Assembly (NCBI RefSeq): GCF_036321535.1
Contig: NC_087437.1
Coordinates: 86,430,001 to 86,494,000 of the forward strand
DNA from: Camelus dromedarius
Taxonomy: Eukaryota
DNA length: 64,000 bases
Direction of reading: 5' to 3'
This document shows, piece after piece, positions 26,412-39,990 of this stretch. The notes beneath the pieces were generated by a model. That model did not search any database and had not been told where the DNA came from. It worked only from the letters and a program-made list of their open reading frames with translations. Numbering within the stretch: the stretch's first letter is position 1; every line of letters starts with the position of its first letter. The position numbers were made by a program, and so were the translations under genes.

Positions 26412-26842
26412 ATTTTTTGAGGCAAACTTTATACACGGTGAAATGGACAGATGTCGTATGTGACATTTAAAGAATTTAATAAGTGTATGCATCTGTGTAT
26501 CCAACACCCAAAATCAGACACAGGACACCTTCCTCTTCTTGGAAAGTCCTCTTCTATTCCTTTCCCATCTCTTAGCAATTGTTCTAGTCTCTATCACCAC
26601 AGAATTTTAATTTGATCTTCATACAAATGAAACCACTTAGTATGTTATTTTTTTTTTTTTTTTGGTTCCAGCTTCATGTTATCAGCAAAACATTTCAAAG
26701 ATTTAGCTCCAAATGTTGCTGATTATATCCACAATTCCTTCCTTTTTGTTGCAGAGTAGTATTCTACTATGTAAATATATGAGTTTGCTTATCCTTTCTA
26801 TTGATGGACATTTGGATTGTCTCCAGTTTTTGGCCTACTGTT
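26412..26842 (-). mobile_element. Old L1 (L1M-type) 3'UTR fragment
   Basis: ttcctttttgttgcagagtagtattctactatg...ctattgatggacatttggattgtctccagtttttggc. Confidence 0.75.
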
Positions 26843-26862
26843 ACCCATCTTCTTAACTAGAG

Positions 26863-27594
26863 CAGTGGTCTCCAAATATTTTTGATTATACCAGCTATTT
26901 ATTCATTTATCTATTATAATTTACAAATACCATTATCCTTAAGCAATGTCTCAATGCAAAATATACATTTAGGGTGAAATTATTTGTTATTGGCAGTGGA
27001 TATATGCTCAGATTTTTAATTGTTTTCTTAATGATTTTAATATTTCTATGTTGAAATCTTGACAGATCTGATTAGACTTTAACTGATTTTATTTTGCAGT
27101 GTGACCAGTGAGGTTCTTATACTTGGATTAGCAGTAATGTAATCCTAGCCGCTTGCCCATTTTACGTAGGTTTAATTTAGTTGAAACTGGATAATACAAT
27201 TTATAAGTTCACCTGTTGGTTAAAATTGAGTAACATAATCTAAAAATCCACTTTCTGGCACAAATGCAGACTACTTCATGCATCGATAAGATGAAAGCAA
27301 ACACATAAGTGAAGGAAACGCTGTCCCGTTTCTCCTAACTGTAGATGTTCCACTTTTCTCTCAGAATAGCTGAAAACTGTAGGTGACATGAACATCTGAA
27401 TATATATTGCTCCACTGAGGTGACTAGTGTCAATCTGTATATTAAAATCTTGTAAAGCTTAATTTTGTATTTCTTTTGTTCTTTTAAATTTAAAAAGTAA
27501 ATATAATTAGAAATGCCAACATTTTCTATACTTAGTATAGTGGCTTGGTTTATTCACATCCTGAGGTGCATACCCTCCACTTTGGAGACCCTTG
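26863..27594. mobile_element. hAT-Charlie non-autonomous DNA transposon
   Basis: TIRs cagtggtctccaaa / tttggagacccttg (12 of 14 match); 8-bp TSD-like flanks aactagag / atatagag. Confidence 0.72.
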
Positions 27595-27604
27595 ATATAG
27601 AGTG

Positions 27605-27770
27605 TGGATTGGTGGGAAAACTGTGGACCAACCAGCAGTCAGAAGGCTCACTTTTAAATTATATCACACTCATTGACTCGCTATAGAACACTATACTAGT
27701 TACTCCACGTCTTCTGGACCTTGTTTGCAAGATAAGGCTTTTGGACTAAATAACTTCAAGTTTCCCTGTA
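27605..27770 (+). mobile_element. MIR fragment
   Basis: ggtgggaaaactgtggacc...agtcagaag...tctggaccttgttt...ttggactaaataacttcaag. Confidence 0.5.
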
Positions 27771-28379
27771 CCTAACACCACACCGTGTTGAATTCATCCT
27801 GTCTTTTTGTCTTTTTCACCTTCTCAGGAGACCCATCTCTTAATATAATCTTCCTCTTACTACAGTAATGCCCCAGTAGCTTTTGAGACAATATTGTGGG
27901 CTAAGTTAGTCTCTCACACTTTTCTCTCTTGTAGTTTAGCTAGATGTCATGTTCCAAAAAGACTCTCAGTAGATGCCCTGCCATGAACAGTCTGTAAGAG
28001 TCTAAGATGGGCAACCCTGGGTCTACCCAAGTGGCAAATGTCCAAAAGTCAAGGATAAGAAAAAGAAGAAAATTCATACAGCATATACTCTCTGCCTAGA
28101 AAGAGCTGGCAATAATTATAGAGCACTTAGAAGCAGGAAGGTTTGTCTTATTGTTTCCTTGACAAAGACAGTTCTCTTTCTGGTGCTAACTAGTAACTAG
28201 TTATTTTTCTGAATACTTATCCTAATGAAAAAGCTAAGCATAGTTTGCAAGATCATCACAATAGCTGGCAACTAAGAGTACTTTGAGTTTTGATCATCAT
28301 TGTACCACTGACTATCTGCATTATTAACTTTAGGAAAAGAAGGGTAGCCACCTAATTCATGCAAGAACCAGTTAAGAAG

Positions 28380-28740
28380 CAGGAATAGAAGAGTGAAGTA
28401 AGATTTGAGAAGGAAGCTGGATTGGACTTTGATCAGACTGAATGCCAGGCTGCAGTGCTGGGGCTTTACCTTATAAGCAATGGGGAAACACTGATACTTT
28501 TTGAGTTGGTTAAGACTAGTTATAAACCGTGTTTTAGGGGAAAAACAAGATTGCTGACTATGTATAAAATAAAATGTAGGCGTTTAGAACAAAGCAAGAC
28601 ACCTAGAGGAGATCATGTAGTAAAGGGAACATGGACTGGAAAAACTGAAGTAGGTCTAGAAGGGAAAAAATATACAAATTGGTAACTGACTGAATATAAG
28701 GAGAAGGAAAGAGAAAGTGTCAAAGATGATACTGAGATAG
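28380..28740 (-). mobile_element. LINE-2 fragment
   Basis: gaatgccaggctg...ggctttaccttataagcaatggggaaacactg...tggtaactgactgaat...gtcaaagatgatactgag. Confidence 0.65.
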
Positions 28741-30555
28741 TTTAAAAATTACTTCCTCTGAAATTAATACATTTAAGAACAGTAATTATAAATACAGATA
28801 TGTATTTGTATCATATATATCATATACATATAAGTGTATGTATATATTTTTTAATACTTAAATTTCTACCAAAGCTAAATTTTCTGGAGAATTATTATTT
28901 TTCAGCGAAAGAACCATGAAGAGTATTCTAATGAAAAATACGAAGCTTAGCTCTCAACTGTCTTCTTTCCACCCCCTCTGGCAATGCTGTAATGAGCAGC
29001 TATTAGTATTTTAGTTGTCACCAGCTACTCATGCAAACTACATTAATTCTGTTGAAAATGGTCATTAGGAAAGTTAATTATTTTTTAAGTGTTAACTGAT
29101 TATTGTGTAAGTATTATATATTCACTAATTATTATTCCTTTCCATTAATTATATATAATTACTTAATTCCTAAAGCAGATGATTCTTGTTTTGCCATGCT
29201 GTTCACCTCTGTTAATTTGGTTTACCAGATAATCCTTTGTACTAATGCAGAATCATACACATGAGTGTTCAGAGTAGTTTGATAAACATTAACTTGTTAA
29301 TCCTAATGACTTCTTGATATCAAAATGAAAAACTCCTTTTTACTAGCTTGTGTCTTATAGTTATCATCAAATTGATAATTGAATAATATCTGAATAAACA
29401 AAGATAATGAAACCATATATTATGCCAGATAATCTGAGAATTAGCCCATTTCCCTAGTCAGGAAGAAAAGTAAATCACACCTGAGATATGAAATTAAATT
29501 ATTCTTCTTACCTTATAAATACAAAATCTTACAGATCACAGTTTTAATGTGAGAGGAAGTAAATAAATACAGACAAGCATAAATGTACATCAGGTAGAGG
29601 GACATTCTATGTCTACATGTATAAACTCAAATTTATTTGCAGATCAATCTAATTTTGGGACACGGTCTCATATAATTTGTTGCACCTTGTAGACATAAAT
29701 AAATGTTGTATGAAACAATTTAATATTGTGCTATTTAATAGTGTGCTTTTTTTTTTTTTTCTGTTTTCAGCATATCTATCTTTGGTACTTCCCCCCAAAA
29801 GTTAAAATGATGGGTTTGAGTGTCAACAAATTCCATCTGTTATTCAAATCAGCATGTTTCCTTTCTTTTTCTTATATTCTAATCCCTGCTAGAGACACTT
29901 ATTATAATTTCGGTTCTGTTCTGCAAGTATCTCTTTTCTCTCAAGATAACAACCACCAACATTTTATATAATAGAAGCTTAGAAGAAAATGTTTAAAAAA
30001 GCAGAATAGTGAACAATTTACTATGAAATAGAATAAAGTGACTTAGCCTTATATTTTCTGCCATTGTAGTACGTTAGAACACTTTTCAAAGATCACTTCA
30101 TATCCTTCTGATAAGTACTTTAGGAAAAAAAACTACTATACAAATAAAGGATTTTATATAAATGAATGATTGAATTTTAGCTTAGACCAAATGACTATAG
30201 AAAATCATTTCCTAATCAAGAAACATTTCAATGGTTAAAAAATGTAAGTTAAAAATTCACTGTTCTCATTTGTCAGGGTCAATAAATCTGAATGTTACTG
30301 ATTGTCATGTAAGGAAGTCAGTTTGCTTAAGATGGAAGAATGGCATTCATCTTAAGAAGATGAGCTGTTCCATTTAAGTAAAAAGCAGCTAGGTAAAAGG
30401 AAAGTGAAATAGTTTGTTCTGTATAATCATACAATTACTTAGAATAAACAGGAGAAACGAAATTGAGGGAAAAAACAACCTGGTATGGTCGAAAGTGGAT
30501 TAGATAAAACAAAGTTTGATTGGGAGTGTTTTTCTAATTGTAATGCATTCTATTA

Positions 30556-31398
30556 CAGTAGTCCCTCCTAATCCATGGGGGGTCTGTTTCAAGATCTCTA
30601 GTGGATGCCTGAAACCACAGATGTACCATACCCTATATCTACTATTTTTTTACTAGACATGCATACCTATGAAAAAGTTTATTTTATAAATTAGGCACAG
30701 TTAGCGATTAACAATAACTGATAATAAAATAGAACAATTATAACAATATATGACATATAATATGTGATATATAATAGTGGTCTTTCTCTTGGAATATCTT
30801 ATTGTATAAATTTAATACCTTTTCCCATCTTAACTAGGCACTTATTACGTTCTATGGCCATAACTTTGGCAGTCTGAGGTGCGACAGCAAAACTAGCACA
30901 ATTTCTTTTACCTGATTCTCAATTTCATGGATAGTAGGTTTGTTCTTGTATAGATTTTAGCAACTTCAGCATATGATTTTTTCTCTTTCCTTATTCAGTC
31001 AAGAACTTTCACCTTTTCACTTAAATAAAGCACTTCATGGCTTCTCTTTGGCATATCTGAATTGCCTGTATCACTACTCTTACACTTTGGGGCTATATAT
31101 TAAGTAAAACAAGGCTTACTTTAACACAGGCACAGTGATACCGAGACAGTTGATCTAATAACCCAGACGGCTACTAAGTAAATAACGGGCAGGTTACACT
31201 GGACAAAGGGATGTTTCACATCCTGGGCTGGACAGAGTGATACAGTGAGAAATTTCATCAGGCTATTCAGAACAGCTTGCAATGTAAAACTAAGAATTGT
31301 TTATTTCTGGAATTGTCCATTTAATATTTTTGTACTGCTATTGACTGTGGGCAACTGAAATTATGGAAGGCAATACCATGAATAATGGGGGATGACTG
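30556..31398. mobile_element. MER44/Tigger7-type TcMar-Tigger DNA transposon
   Basis: TA|cagtagtccctcctaatcc ... gaataatgggggatgactg|CA terminal repeats; internal gtggatgcctgaaaccacagat and ataaattaggcacagt are typical of MER44. Confidence 0.88.
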
Positions 31399-31429
31399 CA
31401 TTCTAACATATTATTATCATTATTTTAAG

Positions 31430-31570
31430 TCATTAGATGTGGGTTCTGATCCCAGTTTGGCAAACTAACAGCGATGTCTTTGACAAGCGTTTCAACTTTT
31501 CTTGAAACCTAAATCTGCTTCACTCTAAAGTAATATAATAAGACTAGATAATCTCTAAGTTCTATTCAAA
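31430..31570 (+). mobile_element. MIR fragment
   Basis: gggttctgatcccagttt...actaacagcgatgtctttgacaag...gactagataatctctaag. Confidence 0.55.
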
Positions 31571-32749
31571 TTTCAAAATGTTGTTTTATTAGAGTTTAAA
31601 CAAATATGTAGCAGCTTAGATGAATTAAAAACTGCACAATTAATTATGTAAATTAAGAACTCTAGGTTCAGATCCATCAAAAAATTATCTGCAAGTGTAG
31701 ATTTGGTGTATTGAAATTCTCCATTGAATTTCTCCATTTTTACAGACAAATACCTAAATGAGGGAATTTTCTAGAGTAAACATAGGAGCTCAAAAATTGA
31801 GTCACATTCATTCAATTAAAAGAGAGTGAACTTTTGTTATTTTCCATGCAGTATTCCCACACCCTCTGGCCCCGACCTGTCATTTTCTAGCTAACACCAA
31901 CTTGAAATGTACGGTAAAAATGCTTAAGCCTAATGCTGTTTGTTACATCAATTTGTTATTATTTGTATTTTTATCTATTTTAAAGCTCAGAAAATGATGC
32001 CATCCTTTAAAGGTAATTGGGTTTGAATGTAAATAATATTAGCATTCTGCTTTTCTGCAGTTAAATCTATCAAATGAAGGAGAAGAGAAAAAATATCTCA
32101 TGTATAATATGAATGTACTTTCAGAAAAGGAAGGTAATATAAAGACAAGATTTGTATTCAGAGAAATAGAATTAATGGAAACTTTGGCAAATATCACCTG
32201 CTCTCTTGTGACCACGCTCTTTAAACCCTTTTGAGAAAGATGATATCATTTTATATTCTAGGTATTAGAATGGAGACTTAGATTTGTAAGATGGTGAAGC
32301 CAGAACAAACTTCTGGAGAGAAGCAAAGTTTATGAGAAACCAGTTTCCCTTTCATTTTTCACTTTAGTAAAATTAAAGGTCTCAAAGGCACATGATCATG
32401 GTAGACTTACCAGATGTTGGCAGAATTAGTTCTGGAAATGTATTGTGGTACCATTAACATAAGTGAGAAACAGTGACCCATCTCTATAATAAGAAATAGG
32501 AGTTCATTGGAGCATCTGCTAAGACATCGCAGTTCAGATCAATCAGAACTAACCCACTTGACCAAAAGGTATTAATCAATCAAAACAAGACCTTCTGTGG
32601 CTTAGAAATAATTTTGGTGGCAAAATCATTTCAAAAATATCTTATTCAGAATTTCAACAGATAAAGTGAGATTTTATTTGTATAAATTTACTTTATAATT
32701 AACTTTATACTTGTTATATTCATTTTAATCCACACTATATATAAATAGT

Positions 32750-33130
32750 ATAAGCACACTAATTAAAGGTAGAGTTGTCAGTATGAAAAAGCAAACCCTA
32801 TCTATATGTTGACTATAAGAAACTCACTATAGATATAAAGACATATCTATGTTAAAGCCACATAGTGGAAAATAGAGAAACTGGGTAAATTTTAAACATA
32901 AGGAAGTTGGTTTGATTGTACTAATATCAGGAAAAGTAAACTTCTGAACAAAGTCTATTTACAGGGATAAAGGATAGTACATATTGATAAAAGGGTAACT
33001 CTATGAAGAAAATATATGAATTCAGAATATGTATGCTCCTAATAACAGGGCTTCAAATTATTAAAACCAAAATGGGCAGAAATAAAAGGGTAAATAGACA
33101 AACCTACAATTATAGTTGAAGATTTTAATG
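32750..33130 (+). mobile_element. Old L1 ORF2 endonuclease-region fragment
   Basis: ctatatgttgactataagaaactcact (ICCLQETH-like) ... tatgctcctaataacagggcttcaaa ... gttgaagattttaat (GDFN-like). Confidence 0.75.
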
Positions 33131-33223
33131 TTTAGCTTCTTGCTGTGTCCTCATAAAGCCCTTTCTCTGTGTGTTCGTTCTTCTGGTGTCTCTTCCTCTT
33201 ACAAGGGCACTAGATTAGAATCC

Positions 33224-33657
33224 TTTTTTTTTTTTTTTTTTGCTTTTTTTGAATTGAAGTATAGTTGATTTACAATTTACATAAGCTTCAGGTATACAAT
33301 ATAGTGACTCACAATGTTTAAAGATTGTACTCCATGCAGTTATTATAAAATATTGGCTAAATTCCCTGTGTTGTATAATTGTAGCTTGTTTATTTATACA
33401 TAGTAGTTTCTACTTCTTAATTCCCTACCCATATTTTGCTCCTCCCTGCTTCCCTCTCCCCACTGGTAACCACTAGTTTGTTCCCTATAACTCTGTTTGT
33501 TTATTTTTTTGTTATATTCGTTCATTTGTTTTATTTTTTAGATTCCACATATAAGTGATATCATAGAGTATTTGTCATTCTCTATCTGACATTTCATTAA
33601 ATCTAATACCTACCAAGTTCATCCATGTTGCAAATGGCAAAATTTCATTCTTTTTTA
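33224..33657 (-). mobile_element. L1 3' end inserted in the MaLR 3' LTR
   Basis: Poly-T, then aattgaagtatagttgatttacaat...ccctctccccactggtaaccactag...gcaaatggcaaaatttcattcttttt. Confidence 0.9.
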
Positions 33658-34498
33658 AGACCTCATTTAATCTTAATTACCTCCTTAGAGGCCCTATTTC
33701 CAAATACAGCCGCACTGGGGGTTAGGGCCTAATTCATAACATTCTGCCCTCTCACTCCTTAAATTCATGTCCTTCTCATATACCATACATTCACCCTATC
33801 TCAACAGATCCACCCCACCTCCCAAATAGTAACTCATTCCAGCATCAATTCCAAATCTAAAGTCTCATTTAAATTCATGTAAATAAGGTACAGGTGAGAC
33901 TTGAGGTATGATTTTTCCTGACTCAGAATTCCTCTCTAGCTGTGATCCTCTGAAATTAGAAAAGTTATGTGCTTCCAAAATACAATGATAGGATATACAT
34001 AGAATAGACAGTCCCATTCCAGAAGGGAGAAATTGGAAATAAAAAAGGGGTGACAGGTACTAATCAAGTCAAATTCCATTAGATCTTAAAGCTTAAGAAT
34101 AATCCTTTTTGGCTCAGTGCTCTGTGTCTGAGTCCAAGGGTGGTAGTGGTGTCACTCCCATATTTCTGGGTGGCAGTCTCACCCTTGTGGTTCTTTGCCG
34201 TGGCCTTGCCCCTGAGCACTTGTCAGCAGCATCCTGGCCTGCAGAAACTGATGGGGGGTGGCCTCACCCTCCGAAATCATTGATGAAGCAATTTGTCCCC
34301 TGAAGCTGGTGGGAGTGGCATTCCTGATGGTCTCTGAATTGCCTTCATGGTGATTTTTCAAATTCTCAAAGAATAATGCATATTCAAAGTTGGAAATTTC
34401 TTTTGTCCTAGCCTCTGAAATCTCTGAAGTCCAACAGCCTTCCTTCATTCCATCCCATTTTATCTGTCCTCTTTAGTCCCAGATGGCAGTGTTTCTGT

Positions 34499-34555
34499 CA
34501 TATATATATGTATGTATGTGTGTGTGTGTGTATATATATATACACACACACACAT

Positions 34556-34645
<90 letters not shown>
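34499..34645. repeat. Compound (TA)/(TG)/(CA)/(TA) microsatellite plus poly-T
   Basis: 131 bp of uninterrupted pyrimidine-purine alternation (34499-34629) followed by a T run. Confidence 0.97.
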
Positions 34646-34906
34646 ACAGTAGCACCTCACTTCATAATACCAAAGTCTGTTTTGGTCTGCTCAGGTCACC
34701 ATAATAAGATACCATAGACTAAGCGGTTAAAACAACAGAAGTTTATTTTCTCACAGTTCTGGAGGCTAGATATCCAAGATTAAGGTGCCCATAGGTTGGT
34801 TTCTGGTGAGTTCTCTTTTCCTGGCTTGCAGAAGACCACCTTCTCACTCTGTTTTCACATAGTCTTTCCTCTGTATGTGCATGGAGAGAGAGAGAGAGAG
34901 ACAGGC

Positions 34907-34937
<31 letters not shown>

Positions 34938-35113
34938 GTGAGCCTATAGTGTCTCTTCCTCTTACAAGGACATCAGCCCTGTTGGATTAAAGGCCCATAT
35001 GACCTCATTTAACCTTAGTTATCTCCTTAAAAGCCCTACCTCCAAATGTAGTCACATGAGGGGTTAGAGCTTGAACATATGGATTTTGGGCGTACACAGT
35101 TCCGTCCATGACA

Positions 35114-35612
35114 ATAACAAACCCTCAACACCCAAAACACTTAGTGGCTCAAAAACAAAACAACGTGGATTTTGCTCACAGGCGTTCAGCTGGCCAAAGT
35201 GCAGCATTTTCAGCTTGTCTCTGCTCTACTCAGTGTCAACGGGGCAGCCAAAAGGCTGGGGACTGGAGTCACTTACTCACCTGTCCAGTACCTGGTGCTG
35301 GCAGTCATCTAGGATTTTAGTGGGGGATGTCAGCTGAACACTTACAAGTTCCATGTGGTGGGTAGGTCCCAAAGGTGAGTGTCCCAAGAGATTGAGAAAG
35401 AGCCAAGCAGAAGCCATGCCACCTTTAAGAACTCAGCCTCAAAGTCACACAGCATCACTTGTGGTGCATTTTATTTATGATGTCCCACTCCATTTCAAGT
35501 GGAGGTAAAGTAGACTCTACTTCTTGCTGGGGGAATTTCAGGGGATCTGAAAATACTGCTTTGTAACAAGAAATATTGCTGTGGATGTTTTCTGAAAATA
35601 CATTTTGCCACA
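35114..35612 (-). mobile_element. Older MLT1 (MaLR) LTR
   Basis: cacccaaaacacttagtggctcaaa...cagcctcaaagtcacacagcatcactt...tagactctacttcttgctggg. Confidence 0.7.
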
Positions 35613-36807
35613 CTATAGATGGTTAACAAGCTTTGATGGGGTATAAATTGGAGTCTTCTCTTTGGTTTACCACTAATCACATCTTCTCTTACAGTAGTCT
35701 ATCATAGCAAGTAATCAATCATAAATACTTTTCTTTTACTTCAGAATCACCAAAAAGGCAAGGGCAAAACCCAACAGGAGCTTATATGTAGCTCAGTGAT
35801 TTACTGATTTACTGGATATTATTTATATTAAATCTAATGTGCCTACTTACAAAGAAAGGCAGGAGTTTTAGCACAAACTTTTAAAAAACTTATTTTTAAT
35901 GTGAAAAGTGGCTGGATGTAAGAAACAGAAGGAAAGAAGAAAAGTATAACAAATTGCTTTGGAAAGGATTTTGAAGGCAAATTAAAGCCCCTAAATTACT
36001 CTATAGCTAAATGTCATACATTGAGGCAAACATGTGACACATTTTTTTTCACATTGGTGTGTTAAAAGTATCTAACTATTTTAATATCTCAAATATTTGC
36101 TAAAATTTAATAACATACCTAATAAAACAATAAATTCAACAAAATATTTTATTTGGTTTTGAGCATTCATTATTATAATTAATGGTCTCTGTAAAACTAC
36201 CCATTTTTACATAGTTTACTAGTTCCACAGCATGTTACAGTGGTCCTTTATTCCAGGACTTTGTTAGCGAACATTGCAAAGAAAATCAGAAATCCACTGT
36301 ACATACTTCCTAACTATTGTCTTTTTTCTTTTCTCTTCAATCACTTCCTTTTCCTCGCTATTTCTCTTGATCTCACTTTCTTCCTCACTTTTCTTCTGGC
36401 TGAGGTGACATAACATAGGAAAGGCATTTCTAAATGGCTGAGTGTTCTTGAGGACGTCCCAGGTTAGACACCAGTTAGCCTGTGGTGATCACAGGGGAAC
36501 ACAAATTGGCATTCTGTGCCCCAGCAGGAACTGACTGTGGGTTTGTCTTCACTTTGACTGGCGCCAGGCAAAAATGAAAAGCAAAGTTGTGTTGAACCAC
36601 ATAATAATTCTGACGGGCATAAAATTTTAAACTTGTCCAGAAAAATGATGAATTTGTGAATTGCAGAACACTGGATCTTTTGAGTAAGAAGTAATAACGT
36701 TAAATGAGGTGCAATACAGTATTTTTATGCAATGTTGACCTTGACCAGCATTATTTTTCAAAAATGTTCTTATTTTTGTATGTGACATGCAATTATTTAG
36801 TTTAGAC

Positions 36808-37179
36808 AATTTAGTCAGTTCTAGCTGCTAGAATAAATTATCCCAGACCAGGTGGCTTAAATAAGACACATTTGTTTTTCACAGTTCCGGAGGCTGGGAA
36901 ATCCATGCTCAAAGACGCCTGCTAGTCCAGTGTCTGGTGAGAACCCACTTCCTCGTGTAGATGGCTATCTTCTAGTGTCCTCACATGGCAGAGAGCAAAA
37001 AGAAGCAGTCTCTCTGAGATTCTTGTAAGAGCACTAATCCCATTCATGAGGGGTCTGCCCTTATGACCTCATCTAATCCTAATCACCTTCCAGAGGCCCC
37101 GCCTCCTAATACCATCACATTTGGCCAGTAGGGTTCCATATTATGAATTTTAGAAGAATGCAACATGCAGTCCATAATA
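36808..37179 (-). mobile_element. MLT1 (MaLR) solo LTR
   Basis: ggtggcttaaa...cacagttccggaggctgggaaatcc...cactaatcccattcatgaggg...cctcctaataccatcaca...cagtccata. Confidence 0.88.
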
Positions 37180-38999
37180 CGGCAATAAGTTCTTGGGTGA
37201 AGAAGGGAAAAGGAAAAATGGAAATAGAATGAAAAAAACGAGATCTACATTTCAGGAAAGCAATGTGCCACCTAAAAAAATATTGAAATGGGTAGACTCC
37301 ATTGTCAGTGTATGAAATACTTATATAGAATCTACAGAAACCTGTCGTTTCTCAGTAGATGCTTTTTCTCATATTACTTCCCATGATTGAATGGCACGCA
37401 GACTGAATGCCGGAGTGCTCTGCTCTAAGGAGCAGACTGTTGCATGCCATCTGGATTTCAGAGAATAATTTATTCAACACTGAATTTTTCTTGGACTAAA
37501 AAGATAAATAAATAGACAGATAAATAACAACCAAACTTAGACAGATTCTTATTTTAATTTGGACCAGTACTGCTCTTAGAAAATTCGTCAACCAAAGCAC
37601 ACAAATTGAATCCTATTTATTTTATTGCAGTTAAGTCATGAGTGGACATTTTCCACACTATCCCTTAAGAAATAAACAATAAAGTAAGTTACTTGTTACA
37701 CTATTTATTTTCCCAATATGAAACTAATTAGTGAGATCATTCTTTTAACAGCTGTCTCTGCTGTTCAAGGTTTTCCTAGGAAGATCAGGGCCACTGCATG
37801 GAAAGTAGACCTTAAAAATCTAATAATAATAACAGAAAGCCCACAAAGTATGTGTGAGGAATTAAGTAAAAGCAATAAATAAGTCATTTTACAAGAGTGC
37901 AATGATCTTGAACTTCCTGTTCCACTTACCCACATTGAGGTGGTGGTGTTGGTTAGTGTCAGTGGGAAATCTTACCCTAAAATGGAAAAATATTAGCAAT
38001 AAGCCAACCTCAAAGGGTTCAGTGAGTGTGAATCAGTATTCTGAGTTCAAAAGCCTACTGGGATCTTAATTAAACCTCCACAATCTACTAGAGCAGACCA
38101 AAAACTTAGACAGAACTGGCTATTTTCCAGTATTGTCTCAGAATCTTCTTGCTTTTATCAGAATGTTAAGTTCTGAATTCCCATATCCCTCAAGTTTAAT
38201 ATCTTTTCCATTCATCCTCAGTGGGTGTTCCTTCATCACAGACTTAATAAAGTTGAAGTTAAGTTTATATATGCAGAAGATACACAGTGGTAGGAAAAAG
38301 GTGAAGATCTAATGCCAAAGAGGTGAAGCTCAGAGTTTCAAACCTTTGATTTAAAGTGAATAGGAGAAACAAATTGAAGAAAAAAGGTTAAAATTTCTTC
38401 AAACCATGCAAAAATACATGACAATAGGTAAAAATAGTGTTGTTAATAGGTTGCATACACTAAATGTAATTTAATTAGATCTTTATGAAAATAATCAGTT
38501 ATTTGTCAATTAAACCTCATTAAGGCTGGGGGAAAAATTCAAGCTATTAGTTCTTTTGGTTTGTACTGCTAAGCATAATTTATCTATTATCTGTTCCTCA
38601 TCCCATCAGAGAATTGCATATAATGTATACAAAGTAGTTTTTTTTAAGGTGATACGGGGGTTGGGACTTCTGAACATCAATATTTCTGTTACTACTCTTT
38701 CATACTCCTATCATCTTATACAAACCAGGTCTTAAAGTAGGCTTTTTTCCATCCACAGTAATTCTCTTTTACTTGATTTTATTGATTGCAGCCATAAGAA
38801 CCCAAATTTCCATGCTAGTATGTTCAGAGTTAAACAAATTAGGAAGGGACTGGGAATAGAACTGGCTCTCTTGTAATACTACAATAAATTATCACTGGAT
38901 ATCCTGCTAACCTTTTTGCAGCTTCTAATAAAATATTTGATTCAGGCAAGGACCATTAATGGATGATGAAATCACTATATGAAAGTGTGCTGCAGGTAT

Positions 39000-39990
39000 T
39001 CATAAGATGCCAAAATATTCTCACAAAGATTATTTGAAACTCACAAAGGGAAAAAGATGTTACTTCATAAAGGAGGGATCAGGCCATCATCCCCTTAACA
39101 GGGAGTTCAATATTAGCATTACGAATAGTACAGACATTCTGTGCTTCTTATTTTATACAATATGAGATACACAGCATCATCTATAACATGTTATGTCTCA
39201 TCACACCCCAACATAACATTTGGTTCTTAATTGGCTTCTTGTTTGAACAAGACATTTTTTTGACTATTGGGAAAATTTTAAGATGAAGTGAGTATTAAAT
39301 GTTATAAAGAATTATTAAGTTTGTTAAATGTGATAATAATTTTTCTTATGCAGGAAAATATTACTTTCAGAGATTACAGAAAGTAATGTAATGACCTATT
39401 TAGGGATAAAATGTCATGATGCCTGTATTTACTCTAAATTATTACACACAAAAATTGATAAAGTAAACATAGCAATTGCCAACTGTTAATGGTGATGATG
39501 GGTGTTATTTTTGTGTATCATTCAGAGTTCTTCAGGGAAATAGAACCAATAGGATGTGTGTGTGTGTGTGTGTAGTTATTTTAAGGAATTGGCTCACACA
39601 ATTATGGAGGCTGGCAAATCCAAAATCTGTAGGATGGGTCAGCAAGCTGAAGACAAGGAAGAGACAATGATACAGTTGAAGTCTGAATGCTGTCCATGGG
39701 CAGAATTTGCTCCTACTTGAAGGAAGCCAGTCTTTTCTACTATTTAGGCCTTCAATTAATTAGATGAATCCCATCCACATTATAAAAGGAAATCTGCTTT
39801 ACTCAAAATCCATCATTTTAAAAGTTAATCTCATCCCAAAGTACCTCCACAGAAATGTCTAGAATAAGGTTGGCCCAATCTGAGCAAAGTTGACATGTAA
39901 AATTAACCATCACAATGGGCATATGGAAATTTATTATATTACTCTGTCTACTTTTCTGGAAGACTAAAAATCTTCAAAATAAGAGCTTTA
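39000..39990 (+). mobile_element. Old L1M(E)-type 3'UTR interrupted by an MLT2 LTR
   Basis: gacatttttttgactattgggaaaattt...aagaattattaagtttgttaaatgtgataat...aaatgtcatgatgcctg; resumes after 39914 with atgggcatatggaaattt...aaatcttcaaaataa. Confidence 0.6.
39514..39914 (-). mobile_element. MLT2 (ERVL) solo LTR with (TG)n
   Basis: Ends aagttgacatgtaaaattaaccatcaca; contains ttttaaggaattggctcacacaattatggaggctggcaaatcc. Confidence 0.9.

Larger units (their letters stand above)
33135..35113 (-). mobile_element. MaLR (MLT1A-like) provirus: 5' LTR 34678-35113, internal region 33742-34677, truncated 3' LTR 33135-33741
   Basis: Two homologous LTRs share gacctcatttaa..tta..ta.ctcctta and ggggttag. On the minus strand the internal region starts gactttggtattatgaagtgaggtgctactgtaa, and a polypurine tract gagagggcagaa precedes the 3' LTR start TGTTATG. 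Confidence 0.85.

Noticed and set aside
34460..34717. ORFs rich in YI/TH/CV repeats
   Set aside because: Translation of a dinucleotide microsatellite
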